The notes under the pieces are model-generated. The model was given only the letters and a program-made list of their open reading frames with translations. It ran no database searches and was not told the DNA's origin. The position numbers were made by a program, and so were the translations under genes. Positions 1 to 7,803 of a stretch of DNA of 32,000 nt are shown here, one piece after another. The first letter of the stretch is position 1, and the number at the start of each line of letters is the position of its first letter. Source of the stretch: Geotalea uraniireducens Rf4 (GTDB lineage: Bacteria > Desulfobacterota > Desulfuromonadia > Geobacterales > Geobacteraceae); NCBI RefSeq assembly GCF_000016745.1, contig NC_009483.1:4590001-4622000 (forward strand), written 5' to 3'.

Positions 1-7
1 CTCAGCA

Positions 8-223
8 TCAGTGCTCTCCTCCGCCCATGAAATAGAGGAACTCCACGCTGTCGCCATCCTTGACATGGGTGGCTTCGAAGTTCTCGCGCTCCAGGATATC
101 GCCGTTCAGTTCGACCGTCACGTAATCGGGCTGCTCCACCTTCAGTTCCGCCAGAAGCGCGGGGATGTTCACCGTATCTTTGCCGTCAATGGCGGCTTTC
201 TTGCCGTTTACCGTCAGATTCAT
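8..223 (-). CDS. ThiS/MoaD-family (beta-grasp) sulfur-carrier protein, C-terminus ...FMGGGEH
   Basis: 71-aa ORF with a ThiS-like pattern (MNLTVNGK...VELNGDIL...DGDSVEFLYFMGGG). SD GAGGAG lies ~9 nt upstream of ATG 223. It starts 17 nt after the metY stop on the same strand. Confidence 0.7.
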   Translation of the reverse strand: MNLTVNGKKAAIDGKDTVNIPALLAELKVEQPDYVTVELNGDILERENFEATHVKDGDSVEFLYFMGGGEH

Positions 224-240
224 CTTTTTAATCTCCTCAT

Positions 241-1494
241 TTAAAGGTTATTGAGGGCACTATCAAAGTCCTCAATTATATCATTTATGGCTTCGATGCC
301 AACCGAAACCCGCACCATCTCCTCGCCCACTCCCATCAGCCCTTTTTCTTCCGGGCCGTAATCGCAGCAGATGGTGCTGGCAGGGTGAATGACCAGGGTC
401 TTGGCATCGCCAATGTTGGCGAGATTTTTTGCCAGCCTGACGCCGTTTATGAAGCGAAAGGCTGCGGCCTTGTCGGCAAGGCCGAAGGTCAGCACGCCGC
501 CGAATTTGTCGCCGTAAAGTTTTTTTGCCACCTGGTGGTGGGGCGAATCCTCAAGTCCCGGATAATTGACCCATCTCACACGGTCATGCGCCTTAAGGAA
601 CTGCGCAAGTTTTTGGGCGTTGGCACAGTGGCGCTCCATCCGCAACGAAAGGGTCTCCACCCCCTCGGCGAGCAGGAAGGAGTTCATGGGGGCGGCGCAG
701 GCGCCGAAGTCCTTGTGGATCAGCTTCCTGGCCCGAGCGGTGAAGGCGAATGCCCGATATTTCTTATGGAACGGCTCGAAATGGGGAAATTTGTCGCTCT
801 GCCAGTCGAACCGGCCGAGGTCGATAATCACACCGCCGATGGCGCTGCCGGTGCCGTTGATGAACTTGCTGGTGGAGTGAATAACGATGTCGGCGCCCAG
901 ATCGGAGCCGCGCGCCAGGCAGGGAGTCGTCACCGTTGCGTCCACCAGCAGCGGGATGCCGGCCGCCCGGGCAATGAGGGCGATTGCCGGGATATCCGGC
1001 ACATCCATCTTCGGGTTGCCGATGGTCTCGACGAAGACGAGACGGGTTCTGTCGTTGATCCCGTTCCTGACTGCGGCCAGGTCGGTCGGATCGACGAAGG
1101 TCGTGCTGATGCCGTAGCCGGAAAGGGTGTCGCGGAAAAGAGAAAAGGTGCCGCCGAACAGGGACGATGAGGCGAGGATCTCGTCACCGCTCCTGACGAT
1201 GGTCATCACCGCCGTGGTGATGGCGGCCATGCCCGATGCTGTGGCAATCGCCGCCTGTCCCCCTTCCAGAAGCGCCAGGCGCTTTTCCAGGCTTTCCGTG
1301 GTGGGGTTCCCGACCCGCGTGTATACCTGCCCCACCTTCCGGCCGCGGAAGATGTCTTCCAGCTCTTCAGCCGTAGCCTGGGCAAATGAAGAGGACTGGA
1401 CGATCGGGACGGTGGTGGCGCCTGCCGGGCCCGGCTCCAGTCCGCCATGGATCAGGAGGGTGTCGAAACTGTATTTTACGGTTCTGTCTGTCAT
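241..1494 (-). CDS. metY: O-acetylhomoserine sulfhydrylase-type PLP enzyme (MetY family)
   Basis: Full-length Cys/Met-metabolism PLP-enzyme sequence (TRVGNPT..., HSTSKFINGTGSAIGG lysine region). The ORF-track start at 1527 lies inside the riboswitch terminator. ATG 1494 (MTDRTVKYSF) has SD GGGGAGAG, so it is preferred. Confidence 0.9.
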   Translation of the reverse strand: MTDRTVKYSFDTLLIHGGLEPGPAGATTVPIVQSSSFAQATAEELEDIFRGRKVGQVYTRVGNPTTESLEKRLALLEGGQAAIATASGMAAITTAVMTIVRSGDEILASSSLFGGTFSLFRDTLSGYGISTTFVDPTDLAAVRNGINDRTRLVFVETIGNPKMDVPDIPAIALIARAAGIPLLVDATVTTPCLARGSDLGADIVIHSTSKFINGTGSAIGGVIIDLGRFDWQSDKFPHFEPFHKKYRAFAFTARARKLIHKDFGACAAPMNSFLLAEGVETLSLRMERHCANAQKLAQFLKAHDRVRWVNYPGLEDSPHHQVAKKLYGDKFGGVLTFGLADKAAAFRFINGVRLAKNLANIGDAKTLVIHPASTICCDYGPEEKGLMGVGEEMVRVSVGIEAINDIIEDFDSALNNL

Positions 1495-1511
1495 CTGCTC
1501 TCCCCTTGAGT

Positions 1512-1543
1512 AAAAAAGCCCCATCATTGCTGAGAAGGGGCTT
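1512..1543 (-). terminator. Intrinsic terminator acting as the riboswitch expression platform
   Basis: Minus strand reads AAAGCCCC-N14-GGGGCTTTTTT. It sits between the SAM-I aptamer and the metY SD. Confidence 0.75.
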
Positions 1544-1567
1544 TATACGGAAAGGACCGTTGAGCAC

Positions 1568-1680
1568 CCACCTCATCTTCGCCTGGTCAGTCGGCAGGAT
1601 TTAGCACCTGGCATTCGCTTTCGCGAACCGGTTGCTGTGGTTTCACAGGGCCTTTCCCTCCACCACTCTCGATAAAGCAC
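1568..1680 (-). promoter_or_regulatory. SAM-I (S-box) riboswitch aptamer
   Basis: Minus strand reads CTTTATCGAGAGTGGTGGAGGGAAAGGCCCTGTGAAACCACAGCAACCGGTTCGCGAAAGCGAATGCCAGGTGCTAAATCCTGCCGACTGACCAGGCGAAGATGAGG. The conserved S-box blocks are present (ATCnAGAG, GGnGGAGGGA, GGCCC, GAAnCC, GCAACC, GGTGCTAA). The P1 halves CTTTATC/GATGAGG pair. Confidence 0.9.
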
Positions 1681-1707
1681 GGGTTTTGTCTTCAATTGTT
1701 TGATTGA

Positions 1708-1737
1708 ACTCTACACTATCTTAAATTAAATTGTCAA
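1708..1737 (-). promoter_or_regulatory. Sigma70-like promoter for the riboswitch-metY operon
   Basis: Minus strand reads TTGACA-N18-TAGAGT, ending ~25 nt upstream of the aptamer. Confidence 0.45.
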
Positions 1738-1840
1738 CTTAATAAACCATATTAGTTTAGTGTTTTGGTAGAGTATAGACATCCATACCAACCAGCATTC
1801 TACAGCTACTTAATCAGACGCACTATTCTCCAGAGAAATC

Positions 1841-1873
1841 AAAAAAAGGGTTCAAGTCTTACAACTTGAACCC
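1841..1873 (-). terminator. Intrinsic terminator of the lipoprotein operon
   Basis: Perfect 10-bp stem GGGTTCAAGT/ACTTGAACCC with a 6-nt loop, followed on the minus strand by T7. Confidence 0.8.
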
Positions 1874-1950
1874 CTTCATTTATTCCGGATGGAAGATGAG
1901 GTTGATACCTGCAAATGGTCGTACTGTTTAACCTATAAAAAGCATTTTAA

Positions 1951-2068
1951 CCACGAATTTTCACGAATATACAAGCTCTTGTGATGCATAAGACACTCAC
2001 CAGATCAGTTACTACTCAAGACTTAACAAGGGGTTAGAAACATTCGTGCTTATTCGTGTCATTCGTGG
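1951..2068. repeat. Inverted clusters of phased CACGAAT heptads
   Basis: CACGAAT occurs at 1952 and 1962 (10-bp period). The complement ATTCGTG occurs at 2042, 2052 and 2061 (10- and 9-bp periods). The arms CCACGAAT-N3-CACGAATA and TATTCGTG-N2-ATTCGTGG are mutually complementary. Confidence 0.8.
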
Positions 2069-2111
2069 CTAACTGCCGTTTTTGGGTTTAACGAACCACA
2101 GGGCAGATGTC

Positions 2112-2603
2112 TTACTTGGACCGATTTCCGCCCCGCACTGGCCAGAGGTAATACGGTTTTGCTTCAGACTTGGGCAGAATCTGCCCACTTGCCAGATCAG
2201 CTACCCACAATTCTTCGGGAGACCGGCGCGTGGAAGTCCAATAATCGTAGTCGCGCACATCAATGAAACCCAGTTGCCGCAATTTCTGGAAAGGCCATGT
2301 TTCCAGTTTGTTTTTATCATACCCCAGGCTTTTGGCATAAGCGATCAACTCGGCCATCTCGTCCTTTGTCGGCACCCGCCAGTCGGCATAACCGGCATAG
2401 TTGTCACTGTTCAGCTTCTGGACAAAGGAGTAGACATTATCATCCGCTTTCCAGAGCAACGGCTTACCGGGCAGATTGGCGTTCTTCGACCAGACCAGGC
2501 CCGTCCCCTGATCAACCGCGGTCTGGTCAAGAAAGACAAAACTGTGGTTCGGCGCGCATGCGGTGAGGAACAGCCCCATGCATAAAAGCATGATCTTTTT
2601 CAT
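2112..2603 (-). CDS. DUF1566 (Lcl C-terminal-like) domain lipoprotein
   Basis: Signal peptide plus lipobox (MKKIMLLCMGLFLTAC). DUF1566-type signature DWRVPTKDEMAELI ... YWTST. Start moved to MKK at 2603, 5 nt after the upstream stop. Confidence 0.7.
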   Translation of the reverse strand: MKKIMLLCMGLFLTACAPNHSFVFLDQTAVDQGTGLVWSKNANLPGKPLLWKADDNVYSFVQKLNSDNYAGYADWRVPTKDEMAELIAYAKSLGYDKNKLETWPFQKLRQLGFIDVRDYDYWTSTRRSPEELWVADLASGQILPKSEAKPYYLWPVRGGNRSK

Positions 2604-2607
2604 GTCG

Positions 2608-3210
2608 CTACCCCCCAAACATGGACCGTTTGGAGATCTTGCGGATCTCCTTCTCGTCCGACCATTCGAGAATGCCCGTTTTCAGGTTCTTCAGGTTCAT
2701 GGTGAACTTATAATAGACATCTGTAACACTGCCCGCCTTCTGCACGATTTCAGCGAAATTTGCGGTCAGCAGAAATTCCGCGCCGATCTGCCGGCCGAAC
2801 TCGACGGCGGTCTTCTTATCAACCAGGCCGCTTTCCTGTTGGGTCTTGATCTCCTCTACGGCTGCTTCATCCGTGGTCCGGTCAATAAAACGGAACTTGC
2901 CGGATTTGATCAGTTTTGCCCTGATCGAGTCGGTTACCGACTCCGTATCTATGTGCTGCATGGTTTTGTTCTTCACCTTGTCCACGCTCAAAACGGGTCG
3001 CCGCTGGCTGGTCTGCTCGGCTACTGGTGGAAAAGTGATCAGGGAATCAACCATTGCCTCGGCAATCTGCTGCAGATCGGACGAGCCGAAATCGGTGCCG
3101 ATCGGCTTTGCCGATCCGGCATCACCATACTGGACAGTGGTGGTGGCGCAACCGGCCAGAAACATGGCGGCAATTGAAAGACAGAGCAACAAGCTACGTA
3201 GATATCGCAT
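2608..3210 (-). CDS. lpoB: LpoB-like (YcfM/COG3417) lipoprotein, putative PBP activator family
   Basis: Lipobox FLAGC and ~200 aa. The sequence resembles the LpoB family (SDLQQIAEAMVDSL ... VDKVKNKT ... ESVTDSIRAKLIKSGKF). It sits directly downstream of a YcfL-like gene, as in E. coli ycfL-lpoB. SD GAGAGG. Confidence 0.6.
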   Translation of the reverse strand: MRYLRSLLLCLSIAAMFLAGCATTTVQYGDAGSAKPIGTDFGSSDLQQIAEAMVDSLITFPPVAEQTSQRRPVLSVDKVKNKTMQHIDTESVTDSIRAKLIKSGKFRFIDRTTDEAAVEEIKTQQESGLVDKKTAVEFGRQIGAEFLLTANFAEIVQKAGSVTDVYYKFTMNLKNLKTGILEWSDEKEIRKISKRSMFGG

Positions 3211-3238
3211 ACTATGAACACCTCTCTTTTTCGTTTTT

Positions 3239-3691
3239 TTAATCGATGTTTTCCCGGATTTTCAATTTGAACTCGCGGCCACGGGAGTCCGGCGCAACGC
3301 CTTGGATGGTTTTGGTTTCACGGCCATAGAGTATGAACGGTTTCCAGGCGGTCGTACTCCCGCCGACTTCCATCCCCTGCATGTCAAACCAGTCGAAGGC
3401 GTACTGAATGTTGATGGTGTCGCGGTCTTTCGAGCGAAGCGAAACCTGCGCCTTCATCATATCCCCGACCATACTGCTCTTCAAGTCGACGATCTCGATA
3501 TCCCCTGCCAAGCTGGAATTATTGATCACCACGTTTTTACCGAGCACCCTTTCTCCATCCTGGTTCCAGCCCGTCTTGCCGGCCGCTTCGATGCCGGCAG
3601 TAGTACTGCAACCGGCCGGCGCCATAGCCGTCATCAAACCGAACAGCAGCAACAACAGGTTTTTCCTATTACCATACAGAAAACTATTCAT
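3239..3691 (-). CDS. YcfL-family (DUF1425) lipoprotein
   Basis: Lipobox APAGC and ~150 aa. Pattern is YcfL-like (LAGDIEIVDL...MKAQVSLRSK...IQYAFDWFDMQG). Start set at ATG 3691 (MNSF), preceded by AAGGAGG. Confidence 0.6.
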   Translation of the reverse strand: MNSFLYGNRKNLLLLLFGLMTAMAPAGCSTTAGIEAAGKTGWNQDGERVLGKNVVINNSSLAGDIEIVDLKSSMVGDMMKAQVSLRSKDRDTINIQYAFDWFDMQGMEVGGSTTAWKPFILYGRETKTIQGVAPDSRGREFKLKIRENID

Positions 3692-3827
3692 TGAACCTCC
3701 TTTTATCACCGACTGACCGGTTTATCGTCAGAGCCCGGTTAATGGCCGACCATGGGGAAGAATAACAGCAGCACTGGCGGACCGCAAGCAGCAAATTCCC
3801 CATGATGCCGTCCCCCATGGGCATGAA

Positions 3828-5291
3828 TCAGAAAACCAGCACCGCATTGTACAGTACGTCACCCGCCCTGACCACACGCAGAATGGTTTTCCCGCCCGGC
3901 TTGATTTTGACGTCGATATCCGCTTCAGCCCTGCTACCCTCGTGTTGCAAGGTGAGCTTGTGCATGCCCGCCGAAAGGGTGACCCGCATGATCTGGGCAT
4001 CCTCCGGAAGTGTAATCCAACTGCGCAGGTCGGCAGTTTCGCTGACCAGGTTCCAGAGTGTAGCGCCAAAAAATCCCAACGCCCCGAACTTCTCGTCTGC
4101 CCGTTTAGCGGCAACCCCTTTTGCGACAGCTCGTATTGTCTGGCGGATGGCCAGGGCCGGGATTTTCTCCTGCAGCGACTTGACCGCCAAAGCCCTGATG
4201 TCGCAGATCGTTTCGGTACTCCCCACCACCTCTTTGCCACTGGTGACGAGCAGCGGTCGGGCTGACGTCCATCCGGACCTGTAAATGGGGAAAGCTGCTG
4301 CTATCAATCCTACCCTGGGGACGGGGATATATATCTTCACTTCCTGTTTCTGTGGGGCAAATCCGTCCTCAAACAGCACGAGTAATTCACCGGCATTTTT
4401 TTCCGTTACGGCCTCGCCAGTTGCCGGGCCAGGATCGAATCTGCTCTTTAAATCCTCCAGTTCCCGGTTCATTTCCAGTTTCATGGCAAGGCGGATTACA
4501 TCCCTTTGCAGGATGGTGTTTTCCGGGAATATTTCCAGTGCCTTTTTGTAATCGATATAGGCGTCGTTCTGCTGATTGGCAAGTTCATAGACAAATCCTG
4601 AGAGGTAAAAGGTATAGGCGTTCTGAAAGGAATTCTTGACCTTGCCGGCAGCCTCGTCCAGCTGGGAGAACTGGCTTTTGATCGCATCAACCTGTTGCGG
4701 ATTCTCCAGCCGCTTTTCTTCGGCAACCTTCCGGGCCTCGTCCAACTCGTCCTCATGACGCTTCAGTGCCTCTTCCTGCTCGAAATTGGCTCTGCGGATC
4801 TCCACACCCGCACCTTCCAGATCGTTTTTGCTGAGATAGTTCATTGCCTGGAACTGATGAAGCATGACCCGTTCATATCCGGCCCCCTCGTAAGGGATGG
4901 CGTTGTCATTGACGGCGACAGATGCGGCCTGGGCACCGATATCGGAAACGCTGACGATTGCCTTTTGCTCTTTTTCCCTGATGACGTCCATGGAGGCGGC
5001 AAAGTCCCTCATGCTGGCATCGGTATTGCCGACGATTTGGGCAATACGGCCTCGCTCCATGTTGTAAAGGATCATGTCGCTGCTCTTGCACTCACTCAAA
5101 AAACAGTGGGTGAAGTCAATCGATTTCCTCGTCTGCAAATCGGCTATCAACGGATTGATTTTATCGGGGTAGGCAATAAAGGTTGTCGTGCCGGCACAGC
5201 CGCTGATCATCAAAAGGGCGAGGATGAACAGTAAAATTGGCACAGCTTCTTCACAAGGTTTTATCGCGGCGGGACGGGTGTGGCACTGCAT
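3828..5291 (-). CDS. Large lipoprotein with TPR-like helical repeats (COG3014-like)
   Basis: Lipobox LMISGC. Helical-repeat region (YLSKNDLEGAGVEIRRA ... YTFYLSGFVYELANQQNDAYIDYKKALEI). Start set at ATG 5291 (MQCH), with SD AGGAAGGG. Confidence 0.65.
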   Translation of the reverse strand: MQCHTRPAAIKPCEEAVPILLFILALLMISGCAGTTTFIAYPDKINPLIADLQTRKSIDFTHCFLSECKSSDMILYNMERGRIAQIVGNTDASMRDFAASMDVIREKEQKAIVSVSDIGAQAASVAVNDNAIPYEGAGYERVMLHQFQAMNYLSKNDLEGAGVEIRRANFEQEEALKRHEDELDEARKVAEEKRLENPQQVDAIKSQFSQLDEAAGKVKNSFQNAYTFYLSGFVYELANQQNDAYIDYKKALEIFPENTILQRDVIRLAMKLEMNRELEDLKSRFDPGPATGEAVTEKNAGELLVLFEDGFAPQKQEVKIYIPVPRVGLIAAAFPIYRSGWTSARPLLVTSGKEVVGSTETICDIRALAVKSLQEKIPALAIRQTIRAVAKGVAAKRADEKFGALGFFGATLWNLVSETADLRSWITLPEDAQIMRVTLSAGMHKLTLQHEGSRAEADIDVKIKPGGKTILRVVRAGDVLYNAVLVF

Positions 5292-5319
5292 GTTTTCCCT
5301 TCCTTTGAAACAATAGCAA

Positions 5320-5354
5320 TACAAAACGCCCATTTCCAGTGCTGAAAATGGGCG
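5320..5354 (-). terminator. Intrinsic terminator after rpoH
   Basis: Minus strand reads CGCCCATTT-N10-AAATGGGCG followed by TTTTGTATT, 22 nt after the rpoH stop. Confidence 0.8.
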
Positions 5355-5375
5355 TTCAAATGATAGTCATCGCTC

Positions 5376-6230
5376 TCAGGCAACGGCCCGGGTCGCGAGC
5401 GGCAGGAGTGCCCGCTTCATTTTTTTCAGGGCGCCTTCCTCGATCTGCCGTACCCGTTCCCGGGAGATGGAGAAATGATCAGCGATCTCCTGGAGGGTCA
5501 AGGGTTCATCAGAAGAGACCCTCTGCTCAATCACATAGCGTTCCTTTTCATTCAGGCAGGTCAGCGCCGCGGCCACCTCCCTTTCCAGTATGGCGCTTTC
5601 CTCTGCCTCGCCCAAGAGTTCCTCCTGGTTCCGGCGCTCATCGGGGAGACTTTCCAGCATGGTCAGACCTTCGCCGGTAACAACCTCGGCATCGAGGAAA
5701 TAATCGCCGCGCATGCGCTGGTCCATCTCCTGCGCCTCGGATTCCTTCACATCGAGGGAAAGCGCCGCAGCCTGGAGGTCGTCGCCGCCTCCGGTCATGC
5801 TTCTGATCGCGCTCTTGGCCTGGTTCAGCTTGAAAAAAAGTTTCCGCTGCGCCTGGGTGGTCCCTATCTTCAACAGGCTCCAGGTCGAGACGATATGGTT
5901 CTGGATATAGGCCCTTATCCACCAGACTGCATAGGAAATAAGACGGAATCCCTTGTATGGATTGAATTTACGCACCGCCATCATCAGGCCGATATTCCCT
6001 TCCTGGATCAGGTCGAGCATTTTCATGCCGTAAGAACGGTATTCCCCGGCAATCTTGACCACAAAGCGCAGGTTGGAGGTAATGAGCCTGTGGGCCGCCT
6101 CCAGATCCTTCTCTTCGTAGAGCTTGACGGCTAACCCGTGCTCCTCTTCCGCAGAAAGAACCGGAAAGCGTCTTATTTCCGCCAGGTATAAACTCAAATT
6201 ATCGACTACTGCCGGCATTGTATAGTTCAC
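5376..6230 (-). CDS. rpoH: RNA polymerase sigma-32 heat-shock factor RpoH
   Basis: Sigma70-family regions 2-4 plus an RpoH-box-like QRKLFFKLNQ. GTG start with AGGAGG 7 nt upstream. Confidence 0.9.
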   Translation of the reverse strand: MNYTMPAVVDNLSLYLAEIRRFPVLSAEEEHGLAVKLYEEKDLEAAHRLITSNLRFVVKIAGEYRSYGMKMLDLIQEGNIGLMMAVRKFNPYKGFRLISYAVWWIRAYIQNHIVSTWSLLKIGTTQAQRKLFFKLNQAKSAIRSMTGGGDDLQAAALSLDVKESEAQEMDQRMRGDYFLDAEVVTGEGLTMLESLPDERRNQEELLGEAEESAILEREVAAALTCLNEKERYVIEQRVSSDEPLTLQEIADHFSISRERVRQIEEGALKKMKRALLPLATRAVA

Positions 6231-6283
6231 GGGAAAACCTCCTGCATGGGTTCATTATGGTCTGGGAAATAATACCAGACATC

Positions 6284-6310
6284 TTGGCACTCTCAAGTTA
6301 AGAGTGCTAA
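6284..6310. promoter_or_regulatory. CIRCE operator (HrcA binding site)
   Basis: TTGGCACTC-N9-GAGTGCTAA versus consensus TTAGCACTC-N9-GAGTGCTAA: one mismatch and exact 9-nt spacing. Located 54 nt upstream of the rpoH start. Confidence 0.8.
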
Positions 6311-6311
6311 A

Positions 6312-6340
6312 AATTTAACAACTGTCGATAAAAAAATCAA
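6312..6340 (-). promoter_or_regulatory. Sigma70-like promoter of rpoH
   Basis: Minus strand reads TTGATT-N17-TAAATT. The -10 hexamer ends 1 nt before the CIRCE left arm. Confidence 0.45.
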
Positions 6341-6502
6341 TAGGCAAATTTACAGGCCAAAAACCGGATATTCCAACCCGGGTTATTGTCGGGCGAAGCA
6401 GTGATTTTTCAAGCAAAAACCCTTGCCCGTATACAACTATTATGATACGAATAGATTGAAGAATAACGACGCTTTGCGCCGGACAAACCGGAGGTTCAGC
6501 AG

Positions 6503-7576
6503 ATGGAAATCAAGAAAATCCCTCTCCCTGACGAGAAAAAGAAGGCAAGGTTCACCGATGAATCGCAGCTTGGGTTCGGCAGGATCTTCACCGATCGCAT
6601 GCTGATGGTGGAGTGGAAGGCCGGCAAGGGATGGGTTGACGCCCGGATCGAGCCGTATGCACCGTTCGTCCTTGACCCTGCCTGCCTGGTTTTTCATTAT
6701 GCCCAGGAAATATTCGAGGGGCTGAAAGCCTATAAATGGACCGATGGCACCGTTGCCTTGTTCCGTCCGGAAATGAATGCCCGCCGTTTCAACCTTTCCG
6801 CAGACCGGCTCTGCATGCCGACTGTGCCGGAAGAGCTTTTCCTCAAGGGAATCGAAGAACTGGTGCAACTGGAGAAAGACTGGGTACCTTCTGCAGAAGG
6901 CACCTCCCTCTATATCCGGCCGGCCATGATCGCCGTAGAGCCGGTGCTTGGTGTAAAACCTTCGGATCACTATTACTTCTATGTGATCATGTCGCCGGTA
7001 GGCGCCTACTATGCTTCAGGCTTCAAGCCGGTGAAGATAATGGTGGAAGACAAATTCGTACGTGCAACTCCGGGCGGTACGGGCGAGGCGAAAACCGGCG
7101 GCAACTATGCCAGCTCGCTCAAAGCAGGCCTGGAAGCGAAAAAGAAGGGGTTCGACCAGGTCCTTTGGCTCGACGGCGTGCACAAGCGTTACATCGAGGA
7201 AGTGGGCGCCATGAACATGTTTTTTGCCTACGAAGACCGGGTGGTAACCGCGCCCCTCGAAGGCTCCATCCTCCACGGCATTACCCGCGATTCGGTGCTG
7301 AAGCTGGTTGCATCCTTCGGCCTCAAGGTGGAAGAACGGAAGATCGACGTCATCGAGTTGATGAACGATATCCGCTCGGGCAAAGTTAAAGAGGCTTTCG
7401 GCAGCGGGACTGCCGCGGTCGTCACCCCGGTTGGCGCCCTCAGCTACAAGGATGAATGCCTCACCGTAGACGACGGCGAAGTCGGCAAACTGACGCAAAA
7501 GCTCTACGACACCTTGACCGCCATCCAATACGGAAAAATGGAAGACTCTTTTGGCTGGATAAAAAAGATCGCTTAG
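6503..7576 (+). CDS. ilvE: Branched-chain amino acid aminotransferase (class IV, long form)
   Basis: 357 aa with a typical IlvE sequence (FHYAQEIFEGLKAY..., GTGEAKTGGNYA..., EVGAMNMFF). SD GGAGG upstream. Confidence 0.92.
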   Translation: MEIKKIPLPDEKKKARFTDESQLGFGRIFTDRMLMVEWKAGKGWVDARIEPYAPFVLDPACLVFHYAQEIFEGLKAYKWTDGTVALFRPEMNARRFNLSADRLCMPTVPEELFLKGIEELVQLEKDWVPSAEGTSLYIRPAMIAVEPVLGVKPSDHYYFYVIMSPVGAYYASGFKPVKIMVEDKFVRATPGGTGEAKTGGNYASSLKAGLEAKKKGFDQVLWLDGVHKRYIEEVGAMNMFFAYEDRVVTAPLEGSILHGITRDSVLKLVASFGLKVEERKIDVIELMNDIRSGKVKEAFGSGTAAVVTPVGALSYKDECLTVDDGEVGKLTQKLYDTLTAIQYGKMEDSFGWIKKIA

Positions 7577-7585
7577 ATTTGTCGC

Positions 7586-7618
7586 ATCCCGCAGGGTTGA
7601 CCGATAGCCCTGCGGGAT
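7586..7618 (+). terminator. Hairpin after ilvE (probable terminator)
   Basis: Perfect 11-bp stem ATCCCGCAGGG/CCCTGCGGGAT with an 11-nt loop, 10 nt after the stop. The following U-tract is weak (ATTCTCC). Confidence 0.5.
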
Positions 7619-7638
7619 ATTCTCCATCGGGTGGGATT

Positions 7639-7791
7639 ATGAAAGAGCAAACCTACGCCAACGCCCTGTGCCTCTCCTGCCGCCGCACATGCAAACAGCC
7701 GGCAGCCGTGCTGATCGCTGTCTGTCCTCGCTATTATGCCGGCCCCAGGATCAAGCGCTGCACCTGGAAGCAACTGGAACTCGCCCTCTAA
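7639..7791 (+). CDS. Small Cys-rich hypothetical protein (50 aa)
   Basis: ATG 7639 follows GGGTGGGA. Product is MKEQTYANALCLSCRRTCKQ...VCPRYY...C. It ends 12 nt before the ferredoxin ORF. No family recognised. Confidence 0.3.
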   Translation: MKEQTYANALCLSCRRTCKQPAAVLIAVCPRYYAGPRIKRCTWKQLELAL

Positions 7792-7803
7792 GCCAGCCCA
7801 TTC

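Noticed and set aside
1495-1527. 11-codon N-terminal extension of metY (MMGLFYSRGEQ)
   Set aside because: These codons are the 3' half and U-tract of the riboswitch terminator. ATG 1494 has the SD.
1848-1873. GGTTCAAGTC resembling a tRNA T-arm
   Set aside because: It is half of a simple 10-bp hairpin followed by a T-run (a terminator). No acceptor, D or anticodon arms are present.
6284-6300. TGGCAC that looks like a sigma-54 -24 element upstream of rpoH/ilvE
   Set aside because: There is no TTGC(A/T) -12 element at the required spacing. The TGGCAC is simply the left arm of the CIRCE inverted repeat.
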